Source: Xylella taiwanensis
GTDB lineage: Bacteria > Pseudomonadota > Gammaproteobacteria > Xanthomonadales > Xanthomonadaceae
Length of the DNA stretch: 32,000 nt
NCBI RefSeq assembly: GCF_013177435.1
Contig: NZ_CP053627.1
Location: 2,250,001 to 2,282,000, forward strand
Direction of reading: 5' to 3'
A program made the position numbers and the translations under genes. Under the pieces are notes generated by a model, which was not told the DNA's origin, did not search any database, and worked only from the letters and a program-made list of their open reading frames with translations. Of this stretch, positions 22,673 through 32,000 are shown in pieces (positions within the stretch are counted from its first letter, which is position 1; each line of letters starts with the position of its first letter).

Positions 22673-24324
22673 GTTTTTCAACATCCGTTCTTGTACTGTG
22701 GCGCCGGATGAGTGCGTTGGACTGGTGTGCACGCCCGGAAGTCTCCACTGAGAGTGTAGTCCTCGGCAGTAGTCTGTTCTTTGCATTGGTGTGTAATACG
22801 ATGTTCTGGCGAAGTGCGATGAGTACCGCGCCAGGAAGCATCGGCTTTGCACTCTCGCTTTTAACTTTGTTGGTGGCGATACATGCGTTGCTGCTGGGCT
22901 TGGTGGTGTGGCGTTGGAGCGCAAAACCATTGTTGACTCTGTTATTCGTGACTACTGCGTTAGCCACGTATTACATGAATAGTTACAGCGTCTACCTGGA
23001 CGCGGACATGCTGCGCAATGTGTTCAATACCGACCATAAAGAGTCTCGAGAGCTAATCACCTCAGCGCTGGTTTTACCGCTGTTGTTCTATGCTGCGTTA
23101 CCGATTGCGGTGCTGTGGCGGCTGCGGTTGCGCCAGCGGCGTTGGCCTCGTGCTCTTGGTATACGCACCTTGTTTTTGTTGACGGTAACAGTGGTTGGTG
23201 TCGGTGGTGCGATGCTGTCATTCCAAAAGTTGTCAGCGTTAATGCGCAATCATCGTGAGGTGCGTCACTTAGCTACGCCGGTCAACTACATCATGGCGCT
23301 GCGCAAGATGTTGAGCAACGATTCGCCTCTGAAACGCGCTCCCAAGTTGCCGATTGGCGAAGATGCGATGTCTATCCCACGCCTACCAGGTAGCCGTCCC
23401 CGCTTGTTGGTAATCGTGCTTGGTGAAACTGCCCGAGCACAGAACTGGGGGTTGAATGGCTACGTCCGTCAGACTACTCCGCAATTGACCCAGAACGACG
23501 TCATCAATTTCCCGGATATGCACTCGTGTGGCACCAGTACTGAAGTGTCAGTGCCGTGCATGTTCTCACCGTATGGCCGTCACAATTACGACGAACGCAA
23601 GATTCGCAGTCATCAGTCGCTACTGCATGTACTTGAGCGTGTCGGAATCAGGACGTTGTGGCGTGACAACCAGTCTGGCTGCAAGGGTGTATGTGATGGA
23701 CTGGAGCTGCACCAGCTGGACGACGCTAAGGATCCCACGCTGTGCAGTGGTGGCCGTTGTATGGACGAAATCCTACTACAAGATTTCGCCTCGCAGGTAC
23801 GTACCAAGCCGGGTGATCGAGTGGTGGTACTTCATCAGCTTGGTAGCCACGGTCCCAGTTATTTCCAGCGTTATCCAGCTGCGTTCCGTCGCTTCGGTCC
23901 AACGTGCGAGACACCCAACCTGGGGAGTTGCAGCCGTGAACAGATCGTTGCCGCTTACGACAATAGCCTGCTTTATACCGATCACTTTCTGGCCCGGACT
24001 ATTGTGATGCTGCGTGACATGTCCGACTACGACACAGCGATGATCTATTTTTCCGATCACGGTGAGTCACTTGGTGAGAAAGGGCTTTATCTGCATGGTG
24101 TGCCATACGCAATTGCGCCCGCTGAGCAGACCCGAGTACCGATGGTGATGTGGTTCTCACAGCAGTTCGCTCAGTCGCGTCAGATGGACTTGAAGTGCTT
24201 GCGTCAACGTGCCACTCAGTATGCGGATCATGACAATCTGTTCTCATCCGTGCTGGGGCTGATGCAGGTCAGGACAGCCCTATACGAGCGTTCATATGAT
24301 CTGTTTGCCACATGCGAGAAGTGA
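22669..24324 (+). CDS. eptA: Lipid A phosphoethanolamine transferase (EptA/MCR family)
   Basis: N-terminal 5-TM-type region plus a sulfatase-fold domain. CGTSTEVSVPCMFS (catalytic Thr region), HQLGSHGP and SDHGESLGE. GTG at 22669 overlaps the PAP2 stop (GTGA) and has AAGGA 8 nt upstream. ATG at 22708 is an alternative start. Confidence 0.9.
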   Translation: MSFSTSVLVLWRRMSALDWCARPEVSTESVVLGSSLFFALVCNTMFWRSAMSTAPGSIGFALSLLTLLVAIHALLLGLVVWRWSAKPLLTLLFVTTALATYYMNSYSVYLDADMLRNVFNTDHKESRELITSALVLPLLFYAALPIAVLWRLRLRQRRWPRALGIRTLFLLTVTVVGVGGAMLSFQKLSALMRNHREVRHLATPVNYIMALRKMLSNDSPLKRAPKLPIGEDAMSIPRLPGSRPRLLVIVLGETARAQNWGLNGYVRQTTPQLTQNDVINFPDMHSCGTSTEVSVPCMFSPYGRHNYDERKIRSHQSLLHVLERVGIRTLWRDNQSGCKGVCDGLELHQLDDAKDPTLCSGGRCMDEILLQDFASQVRTKPGDRVVVLHQLGSHGPSYFQRYPAAFRRFGPTCETPNLGSCSREQIVAAYDNSLLYTDHFLARTIVMLRDMSDYDTAMIYFSDHGESLGEKGLYLHGVPYAIAPAEQTRVPMVMWFSQQFAQSRQMDLKCLRQRATQYADHDNLFSSVLGLMQVRTALYERSYDLFATCEK

Positions 24325-25033
24325 CCTGAGCTGCACGGTTGCCTGAGTTTTCCAGACTGAATCCGAAGTAGTAATAACAAGGTGTAATGGGTACAAGAAG
24401 ATTTGCTGCGTTGTTGGTGAAACGCTGGTTGGGTTGGATATGCTTATTTCGATTCCCCCGAAGAAGCTTGGGTTTAACGACAGCAAATCAAAGTTTTCTT
24501 GGGATATGCCCTTGGATTACCTTCTTTGTTAGGCGACGTGGTTGTTTAGTATCTTCGTAAGCACGATGATTGTTGGCTATCTCCGGAGCTTGTATCCCAA
24601 TTGGTTCTGCTTCGTGATGGACTTCGTGGACCTGCTGAAGCTGCCCTACTGGGATACGGTGTTTATCTCACCTCGATCCATTACGTGACATATATTGCAT
24701 TTTATGGGCCTGTACGATGTTGGCTGTACATGGTAGTTATGTGCATGGACCGTCCCCGCTACCCTAATGCACTCTCTTGTCTGAGTTGAATCGGTCATGG
24801 AACGCATAGAAGCATCTTTTATGCATTTCAAAAGAAGCATTCTGAATAACTGTAATTTAACGATCAGGTGATCAGATACACCCCTGTGTTGCGCTTGTAT
24901 ACGTTGAAAACAGAACCTATTCTGCGGAGCTTTTCCAACAAAGAAGAAAGATCCGCAATCCGCAATAGCACCAACAATCATGTCATCAGTCGTCATCTGT
25001 CACGATTGAACATCAGAACCGATCTCATAGCTC

Positions 25034-25064
25034 AAAAAGTTGCGTTGACATGGTCTCTGCAACT
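25034..25064 (-). terminator. Possible terminator of the P450 gene
   Basis: On the minus strand: AGTTGC (25064-25059), 15-nt loop, GCAACT (25043-25038), then a T run. About 55 nt downstream of the stop. The stem is short. Confidence 0.35.
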
Positions 25065-25118
25065 TCTCTCAGGTTAATAATGTTTTTTTAATATGCATCA
25101 GTGCTGTATCCGATGTGC

Positions 25119-26327
25119 CTAATGTTTCGCATGCACATCAGCGATCAAGGCATTGACGCCCCGCAAATTGCCCCGCTGGTTCCAACGCAATGTATCCAGA
25201 TTGGTCAGCCGCAAATGTGGCAGGCGTTCAAACAGTGCGCTCAGTGCACATTCCAGCTCAATCAGCGCGAGCCGATACCCAAGACAATAATGAATGCCGG
25301 CGCCGAATGCCTGTGAGCGTCCTTGTTTGCGACTGATGTCCAGATGCTCCGGATCAGTAAATTGCGCCGGATCACGGTTGGCAGCACCAAGCATCAAGAG
25401 CACCATCGTACCTCGCGGTAGCACCTCGCCCTCAATGTCCACATCCTCCAACGCCATGCGGATCGTGAACTGTGCCGGCCCATCGTAACGTAAGCATTCC
25501 AGCACTGCTTGCGGCATCAGCGACAGATCACTCTTGAGCAGTGCAAGCTGCTTGGGATGACGATGCAATGCGATCAGCGCATTGCCAATCATGTTGGAGG
25601 TCGTCTCGTAACCAGCGATTAACAACAGAATCACATTGGACACAATTTCATCATGCGTCAGTTTCTGGCTATCTTCCTCGGCACGCAGCAACATGGAAAT
25701 CAGGTCAGTCCCAGGCTGCACCTGACGCGCCTCGATTAATTTCGTGAAGTACTGCGCCAATTCTTCGTAGGCAGCGCCCGCCTGCACCAGTTCATCGGCC
25801 GACATCGGCACAGGATCCACCACCTTGGCAAGCTTACTGACCGCTACACCCAGAGCGATGGCGTCACCGATATCCACATCCATCATCCTGCAAATGATCC
25901 GCATAGGAAGGGGAAAGGAAAATTCAGTCACAAGATCGACTGATTGTTTCTGCTCGAACTGATCGATCAAGCGGTGCGCCGTATCGGTCGCAAGGGCACG
26001 CATCGATTCACTCTCCCGTCCACTGAACGCTTGCATCACCAAGCCACGCAGATGCGTATGCATGGGCGGATTGAGCATCAGGAACATCCGATTGAATCCC
26101 TGGAACAGGGGCATATCGGGGGCATTATCTCCGTACCGCAGGCGGGTACTCTCCATGTAGTTTTTACCCATCTTCCGGTTATGCAGCAAAGCATCAACGA
26201 TGTTGTAGTGTCCCGTGATCAGTGCATTCGGTCCGATGGGCACGAAGGGCCCCTGCGTGCGCAGGGTTTCATACAAGGGATAGGGATTCTCGAAGAACGC
26301 AGGAGTGGACAGATCAGTTAGTTTCAC
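25119..26327 (-). CDS. Cytochrome P450 monooxygenase
   Basis: I-helix AGYETT, K-helix ExxR (ECLRYD), and heme-thiolate loop [10 protein letters not shown]. 402 aa. Confidence 0.9.
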   Translation of the reverse strand: MKLTDLSTPAFFENPYPLYETLRTQGPFVPIGPNALITGHYNIVDALLHNRKMGKNYMESTRLRYGDNAPDMPLFQGFNRMFLMLNPPMHTHLRGLVMQAFSGRESESMRALATDTAHRLIDQFEQKQSVDLVTEFSFPLPMRIICRMMDVDIGDAIALGVAVSKLAKVVDPVPMSADELVQAGAAYEELAQYFTKLIEARQVQPGTDLISMLLRAEEDSQKLTHDEIVSNVILLLIAGYETTSNMIGNALIALHRHPKQLALLKSDLSLMPQAVLECLRYDGPAQFTIRMALEDVDIEGEVLPRGTMVLLMLGAANRDPAQFTDPEHLDISRKQGRSQAFGAGIHYCLGYRLALIELECALSALFERLPHLRLTNLDTLRWNQRGNLRGVNALIADVHAKH

Positions 26328-27425
26328 GAGGTCATTGGGGGGAAGGGAGAATCTACATTATGGCGTTGCAAGTAAGGTATGCGTGTTGCGTCATTCATGA
26401 TTTGAACTTCCGGAATCATTGAATACGATTTATTTGATCAGCATCTCATTTAAGTCGCCAAATACCCGTGTTGCTCATTGAGCCCAGTGAAACTCAACCA
26501 AACACATCAGCACTCACGTGCATGATGCTGCGTTAGTGATGGCTCCCTCCGAAGGCGATGAAACCTCACTCACACGCTTTTATCCCCACAACAAAATACC
26601 GGATAGCAGGAACCATCTTTCCAGCACACCCATCTGGCTTGCGGTGCATGGAGAATCACAACCATTTACTCGTTGGTATCACCGGCCCTTATCACTCATA
26701 TGCACTCCCCCGATCTATGTCAAAGCACTCAAGATCCGACCGAATATCACCCACCAGCATTCTTCTTGAGCAGGGCCTATCACGTTGGACGGCTGCACCG
26801 ATGATGGCAGCCGTTCTAACCGAATCGCTGTTCATAGGGACAGCATTACGTTGCTCGCGTCATGCTTGCCCATGTTCATTCACACACAAAACATCCACTG
26901 TGCCTGGTGATCTCGCTTTTCCAAACGTCCTTCAATTGGAAGCACGCTCATGTAATGTCTGATATCACCTTTTTCAGAACATAGCTCATCATCCTGTTTC
27001 CTTTTCCTTTCAATACTGTACAGCTCAAAGCACGTGGCCACATGCTTCATCAACCCGATATCGGATTACATACGCACACGCTCTGAAGTCGATCAGCCAT
27101 TCCAAAGTATTGCCCAGGCAAGTACTTCATGGACCATTCCATCCGAGGACACGCGTCAAACGCCTGCATCGCACGGTTTCTTAAAGCAGCTACACGAGCA
27201 TCGCGCGAATCACGATAATGTCGACAGTGTTAAGAACGCAGCAACCGCTCTGTTGTACTCAAGAGCAACCAGAATCCCTATCCCATTGGAATGGGTGTAT
27301 AGCCAAGCAGCGCAGGAGCACCACCAGAATCGGATCCGGCATCACACAAGATGGAAGGCGGTAAAATCGCCCAACGTATCCACTTCAACTTGGATATCAG
27401 TGATTCAAGCAATGCATGACACACA

Positions 27426-29582
27426 TTAGGCGGCCGCGTAGCGCACCGAGCTACCAATCCAGCGCTCAATCACCTGATCGGCCAGCTGTGGCGATTCGGC
27501 CAGCAACATGTTCGCTAACACGCACACGCGTGGCAGCAAATCAACATCGCGGGCCAGGTCAGCAACGCGAAACGTGGCAAGACCCGTTTGGCGCGTCCCC
27601 AACAACTCACCTGGGCCACGCAGTTCCAGATCCCTTTCGGCAATCACAAAGCCGTCGTTCGTCTGGCGCATGATTTCAAGACGTTGACGCGCTAGCATCG
27701 ACAAGGGTACCTGATACAACAACACGCAACTCGACACCGCAGCACCACGTCCGACCCGACCACGTAATTGATGGAGCTGCGCTAAACCTAGGCGCTCCGC
27801 GTTCTCGATAATCATCAGCGAAGCATTGGGGACATCGACGCCCACCTCGATCACCGTGGTGGCCACCAATAAATCGATCTCATTGCATTTGAACGCACGC
27901 ATTGTCCGCTGTTTTTCATCAGCCTTCATGCGCCCATGCACGAGTCCGACACGGACACCTGGCAATTGTTCTGACAGCGCCTCATAGGTAGCCTGTGCGG
28001 CCTGTACCTCGCTCCGATTCCCAAGGTCGTTGCCACGGCCGGTGACATGCCCTGCCTCGGTCTGGCTCTCGTCGATCAGCGTACACACCCAATAGACCTG
28101 GCGCCCCTGAGCACAGGCCAGACGGATACGCTCCACCAGTTCCGGGCGACGCTCGGCATTAAGCACATTCGTTTGCACCGGGGTACGGCCAGGTGGCACT
28201 TCGTCGATCACCGAAACATCCAAATCAGCATACGCCGCCATCGCCAAGGTGCGTGGAATCGGAGTGGCGGTCATCACCAACTGATGCGGCACCATGCCAG
28301 CAGCAGCACCTTTGTCACGCAGTGTCAAACGCTGATGTACGCCAAAACGGTGCTGTTCATCGACAATGGTCAGTGCCAAGTCATGGAACACCACGCACTC
28401 CTGCATCAGGGCGTGAGTACCCACCACCACCTGCGCATCACCGGAAGCCACTTCAGTCAGCGCCTGGATACGAGCCTTGCCGGTCACCTTGCCAGCCAAC
28501 CAACGCACCCGTACGCCTAATGGCTCCAACCAGTCACACAGGTTGGTAAAGTGCTGTTCGGCTAGTAACGCCGTCGGGGCCGCCAAGACCACCTGCTTGC
28601 CCTGCTCCACCGCCAGCAACGCGGCCAATGCTGCAACCACCGTCTTGCCACTGCCGACATCGCCCTGCACAAGACGCAGCATCGGGACCGGCTTCGCCAG
28701 ATCAGCAGCGATCTCTGCGAACACACGTTGCTGCGCGCCAGTCAGGCTGAACGGCAGTGTGTGCAACAGACCTGCCACCAAACTAGATCGGTTAGGCAAT
28801 ACCGGGGCAGCATGACGTTGCAACGTGATGCGCTGGCGACGCAGGCTAAGCTGGTGAGCAAGCAATTCTTCCAACGACAACCGCTGCTGCGCCGGGTGAG
28901 TACCCACCAGTAATCGTGCGATATCGGCATCCAACGGCGGCCGATGCATGATCAGTAGGGCGGTACGCAACGATGGCAATCCAAGGTCACGCAACCAAAC
29001 GTCTGGTAATAGTTCCAAGGCCGCATCGGCAGGCAAATGTTCCAATGCCTCGCGAATCAGCTGACGGACGATGCCAGGCCCCACCCCCTCGATCACCGGA
29101 TACACCGGATCCAAGCAGTCATTGAGCGGGACATCTTCACCAGGGGCAAGGATGCGGTAACTGGGATGCACGATGTCCCAACCATGCTGGCCAAGTTTGG
29201 GCACACCGTAAGCACGCACCCGCGTGCCGACAGCCAGCCGCGCGACCTGTGCGGCGCGGAAATGGAAGAAACGCATCGCCAGCGTGCTATGCGAGCTATC
29301 GGACAACAGCACACGTAATAGTGGCCGGTAACGAAAGCCGCGTTCCGCCGCTTCCACCCACCCCTCGATCTGCGCCGCAACCCCATCCTGAAGCTGTGCA
29401 ATCGGGGTTAGCCGAGTACGGTCCTCATAACGTAATGGGAGCAGTAACCACAAATCCTGCAGCGTGAGGATGCCACGTGCGGCGAATTTCCGAGCCAGCA
29501 CCGGCCCAACCCGCGGCAGCGTCGCCAATGGCATGTCGCCAGCCGCGCTCAAACCGGGGACATACGAACGTGCACGCGGCAT
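27426..29582 (-). CDS. recG: ATP-dependent DNA helicase RecG
   Basis: Wedge-domain N-terminus, Walker A GDVGSGKT, DEQHRFG, TATPIPRT, and QLHQLRGRVGRG. 718 aa. Confidence 0.95.
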   Translation of the reverse strand: MPRARSYVPGLSAAGDMPLATLPRVGPVLARKFAARGILTLQDLWLLLPLRYEDRTRLTPIAQLQDGVAAQIEGWVEAAERGFRYRPLLRVLLSDSSHSTLAMRFFHFRAAQVARLAVGTRVRAYGVPKLGQHGWDIVHPSYRILAPGEDVPLNDCLDPVYPVIEGVGPGIVRQLIREALEHLPADAALELLPDVWLRDLGLPSLRTALLIMHRPPLDADIARLLVGTHPAQQRLSLEELLAHQLSLRRQRITLQRHAAPVLPNRSSLVAGLLHTLPFSLTGAQQRVFAEIAADLAKPVPMLRLVQGDVGSGKTVVAALAALLAVEQGKQVVLAAPTALLAEQHFTNLCDWLEPLGVRVRWLAGKVTGKARIQALTEVASGDAQVVVGTHALMQECVVFHDLALTIVDEQHRFGVHQRLTLRDKGAAAGMVPHQLVMTATPIPRTLAMAAYADLDVSVIDEVPPGRTPVQTNVLNAERRPELVERIRLACAQGRQVYWVCTLIDESQTEAGHVTGRGNDLGNRSEVQAAQATYEALSEQLPGVRVGLVHGRMKADEKQRTMRAFKCNEIDLLVATTVIEVGVDVPNASLMIIENAERLGLAQLHQLRGRVGRGAAVSSCVLLYQVPLSMLARQRLEIMRQTNDGFVIAERDLELRGPGELLGTRQTGLATFRVADLARDVDLLPRVCVLANMLLAESPQLADQVIERWIGSSVRYAAA

Positions 29583-29589
29583 AGCAGGA

Positions 29590-29973
29590 TCAGTCGAGCA
29601 CCATCACTGCATCAACCTCGAAATCGGCCCCCTTTGGCAAGCCGGACACTTCAATGGTTGAACGCGCCGGGAAGGGTGCCTGAAAGTATTCCTGCATCAC
29701 GGCATTGACTACAGCAAACTGTTCCAAGTCGGTCAGGTACAACCCTAAGCGGACAATGTTGGCGAGAGAACCGTTGGCAGCCTCGGCCACCGCCTTGAGA
29801 TTATCGAATGCACGACGCACTTGCGCCGCGAGGTCACCGGCAACGATCGTGCCGGTGGCTGGATCCAATGGAATCTGGCCTGAAAAATACACTGTGTTGC
29901 CAACACACACGGCCTGAGAATACGGGCCGATCGCAGCCGGCGCTTTTTCGGTATGAATGATCTGCAAGGACAT
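29590..29973 (-). CDS. ridA: RidA/YjgF/TdcF-family reactive-intermediate (enamine/imine) deaminase
   Basis: MSLQIIHTEKAPAAIGPYSQA... is colinear with RidA. The stop lies 7 nt before the recG start. An upstream ATG at 30006 (adding 11 aa) has a GAGGGGG box about 10 nt upstream and cannot be excluded. Confidence 0.85.
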   Translation of the reverse strand: MSLQIIHTEKAPAAIGPYSQAVCVGNTVYFSGQIPLDPATGTIVAGDLAAQVRRAFDNLKAVAEAANGSLANIVRLGLYLTDLEQFAVVNAVMQEYFQAPFPARSTIEVSGLPKGADFEVDAVMVLD

Positions 29974-30254
29974 TTGAACGTGGATAGATGGAAAATGAAA
30001 ACGCATTGTATCGGTGCCCCCTCAAGGGCCACCAACCCCACCATCCGTAGGCGGGCACAGGAATGTGCGCAAGACGGAAATAACGTTTTTCAAATATGGC
30101 ATCGAACGCTCCGTATGAGCAGTGCATGCTTGAAAGCGCAACACAGCGATATCGATACTCCAGGTGCAGAGGCAAACCACACGAAAAACACCACATGGTC
30201 CACAGGCATCATCTACTAACACTCCAGTCAAGATACTGGTATCAGAGATGGAAG

Positions 30255-32000
30255 CTACTGGCGATGTACGCTCTGTACCGCTGGCAAGCGGCGTAACCGG
30301 CGCATCACCTCGGCCAAGTGACGGCGGTCACGTACCTGGATACTGAAGCGCAGCAGCGTTGCATTAAAGTCACGCTCCAGGTAGTCGACGCGTTCGATAT
30401 TGGAATGGCTCTGTGCGATCGCCGCCGCTAATTGCGCAAGTACGCCAGTGCGATTCTCGGCTTCGACCAGCAACGAGGCATCGTAGTCGCCAGAAACGTT
30501 CACATCCCAATCGATCGGCACCCAACGCTCAGGTGATTTACGTAACTCAGCCAGGTTCGGGCAATCCAGGCGATGTACGACGATCCCCTTGCCGGTCGTG
30601 TGGTAGCCCATCACCTCATCACCAGGAATCGGCTGGCAACAGTTAGCAAAACTGATGACGCCGCGTTCGCTACCATTGATCAGGATCTTCTCGCGCAAGT
30701 ACTCAGCAGGCATGCCACCACGCAACTCCGTGTAAGCCAACAGCGCTTGCGCGGTCTGATTGGGCATCCAGTTACCCAGCGCGATGTCGGCTAACAACGC
30801 CTCCAAACGCTGGAAGTGATGCTCAGCCAGGAACGCATCGAGCCGGCCCTTGGGCAGCCGCTCCAACGAGCTATCCATGGCCTCCAACGCACGATCAAGC
30901 ATGCGGTGACCAAGCTGCACCGCATCCTCGTGTTGAAGTTGTTTGAGTTGATGGCGGATTGCAGTACGCGCTTTGCTGCTCACCACAAATTCCAACCATT
31001 GTGGCTTGGGTGTGGCCGAACGTGCGGTGATGATCTCCACGGTCTGGCCACTGGAAAGTTTGGTACGCAGCGGCATCAGTTTTTTATCCACACGCGAGGT
31101 CACCGCATGATTGCCAATATCGGTATGCACCGCGTAGGCGAAATCCAGAACAGTGGAATTCCTCGGCAAAGCAAAGATCTTGCCATTGGGGGTGAACAAG
31201 TAAACCTCGTCGGGAAACAGATCAACCTTGAGGTTGTCCAGGAATTCCATTGAGGAAGCCGCGGTACGCTGCGATTCGATCAGTTCAGCAATCCAGGCGT
31301 GAACACGGCTCTGCGCGCTATTCGGCGAATCACTGCCGCACTTGTAGGTCCAGTGCGCGGCAATACCGCGCTCGGCGATCATATCCATCTCTTCGGTACG
31401 AATCTGCACTTCGATCGGTGAACCGTATGGGCCAAATAGAACGGTATGTAGCGACTGATAGCCATTTGCTTTGGGAATCGCGATGAAATCCCGGAAGCGT
31501 CCATCCAATGGTTTCAAAGTGCCATGCACGATACCCAATGCGTGGTAACAATCAGCAACGCTCTTGACGACCAACCGAAACCCAAACATATCCATCACTT
31601 GGTCGAAAGACTTGTTATCGTCGCGCATCTTGTTGTAGATGCCCCACGGAGTCTTAATCCGACTGTCCACACGGTGTTCTATCCCCTCCTGCATCAAGCG
31701 CTGAGACAACTGCAATTCAATGCGTTCCATCGCCTCACGGCGCACCACTGGCTGGTTGAGAATGTGCTTCTCGATGATCGCATGCCGCCACGGATGCAAT
31801 GCACGAAACCCAAGGTCCTGGAGCTCGGCTTTCATCAGCGCCATGCCAAGACGCTGGGCAATCGGCGCGTAAATCTCCAGCGTTTCACGTGCAATACGGC
31901 TACGCGCCTCAATACTCTGCGCGCCAAGCGTGCGCATGTTGTGCAAGCGATCGGCTAACTTGATCATGATCACACGCAAGTCACGCGACATCGCTAACAG
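30255..32000 (-). CDS. spoT: Bifunctional (p)ppGpp synthetase/hydrolase SpoT/RelA-family. The N-terminus lies beyond the 3' window edge.
   Basis: The frame is open to nt 32000. It has the end of the HD domain (IKLADRLHNMRTL), the synthetase motif GYQSLHT, a TGS region and a C-terminal ACT-like region. Confidence 0.93.
   Translation of the reverse strand: MLAMSRDLRVIMIKLADRLHNMRTLGAQSIEARSRIARETLEIYAPIAQRLGMALMKAELQDLGFRALHPWRHAIIEKHILNQPVVRREAMERIELQLSQRLMQEGIEHRVDSRIKTPWGIYNKMRDDNKSFDQVMDMFGFRLVVKSVADCYHALGIVHGTLKPLDGRFRDFIAIPKANGYQSLHTVLFGPYGSPIEVQIRTEEMDMIAERGIAAHWTYKCGSDSPNSAQSRVHAWIAELIESQRTAASSMEFLDNLKVDLFPDEVYLFTPNGKIFALPRNSTVLDFAYAVHTDIGNHAVTSRVDKKLMPLRTKLSSGQTVEIITARSATPKPQWLEFVVSSKARTAIRHQLKQLQHEDAVQLGHRMLDRALEAMDSSLERLPKGRLDAFLAEHHFQRLEALLADIALGNWMPNQTAQALLAYTELRGGMPAEYLREKILINGSERGVISFANCCQPIPGDEVMGYHTTGKGIVVHRLDCPNLAELRKSPERWVPIDWDVNVSGDYDASLLVEAENRTGVLAQLAAAIAQSHSNIERVDYLERDFNATLLRFSIQVRDRRHLAEVMRRLRRLPAVQSVHRQ

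Noticed and set aside
24681-24708. Possible XerCD dif site at the skew switch (CATTACGTGACATATATTGCATTTTATG)
   Set aside because: It has only a loose AT-rich resemblance. It lacks the conserved CGCATAA / TTATGTTAAAT arms as I remember them. The ATTTAAC at about 24855 also lacks the rest of the site.

Overview
This is a gammaproteobacterial chromosome segment of roughly 50% G+C. The gene content and order are: LipA/LesA-type lipase, dnaB, OmpA-family lipoprotein, ribokinase, Kv-beta-type aldo-keto reductase, mrcA divergent from pilMNOPQ, PAP2-eptA, a P450, then recG-ridA-spoT. I associate this order with Xanthomonadaceae, most likely Xylella; that is inference from memory, not a search. Seventeen genes are well supported by catalytic or family motifs visible in the translations. 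Both window edges cut genes: the lipase at the 5' end and spoT at the 3' end. Close to 10 kb of the 32 kb has no credible ORF (0.95-3.95, 6.85-9.16, 11.6-13.2, 20.7-21.9, 24.3-25.1 and 26.3-27.4 kb). In these stretches the strand composition is strongly asymmetric, about 2:1 G:C by hand counts. The polarity flips between eptA and the P450 gene. I read most of these stretches as decayed or unconstrained DNA, and some still contain protein-like frames without start codons. I found no rRNA, tRNA, CRISPR array, intact IS or integrase, and no convincing novel multi-gene system. The points most worth a second look are the translationally coupled PAP2-eptA pair behind an AT-rich spacer, the skew polarity switch, the orphan P450, and the decayed block upstream of dnaB.
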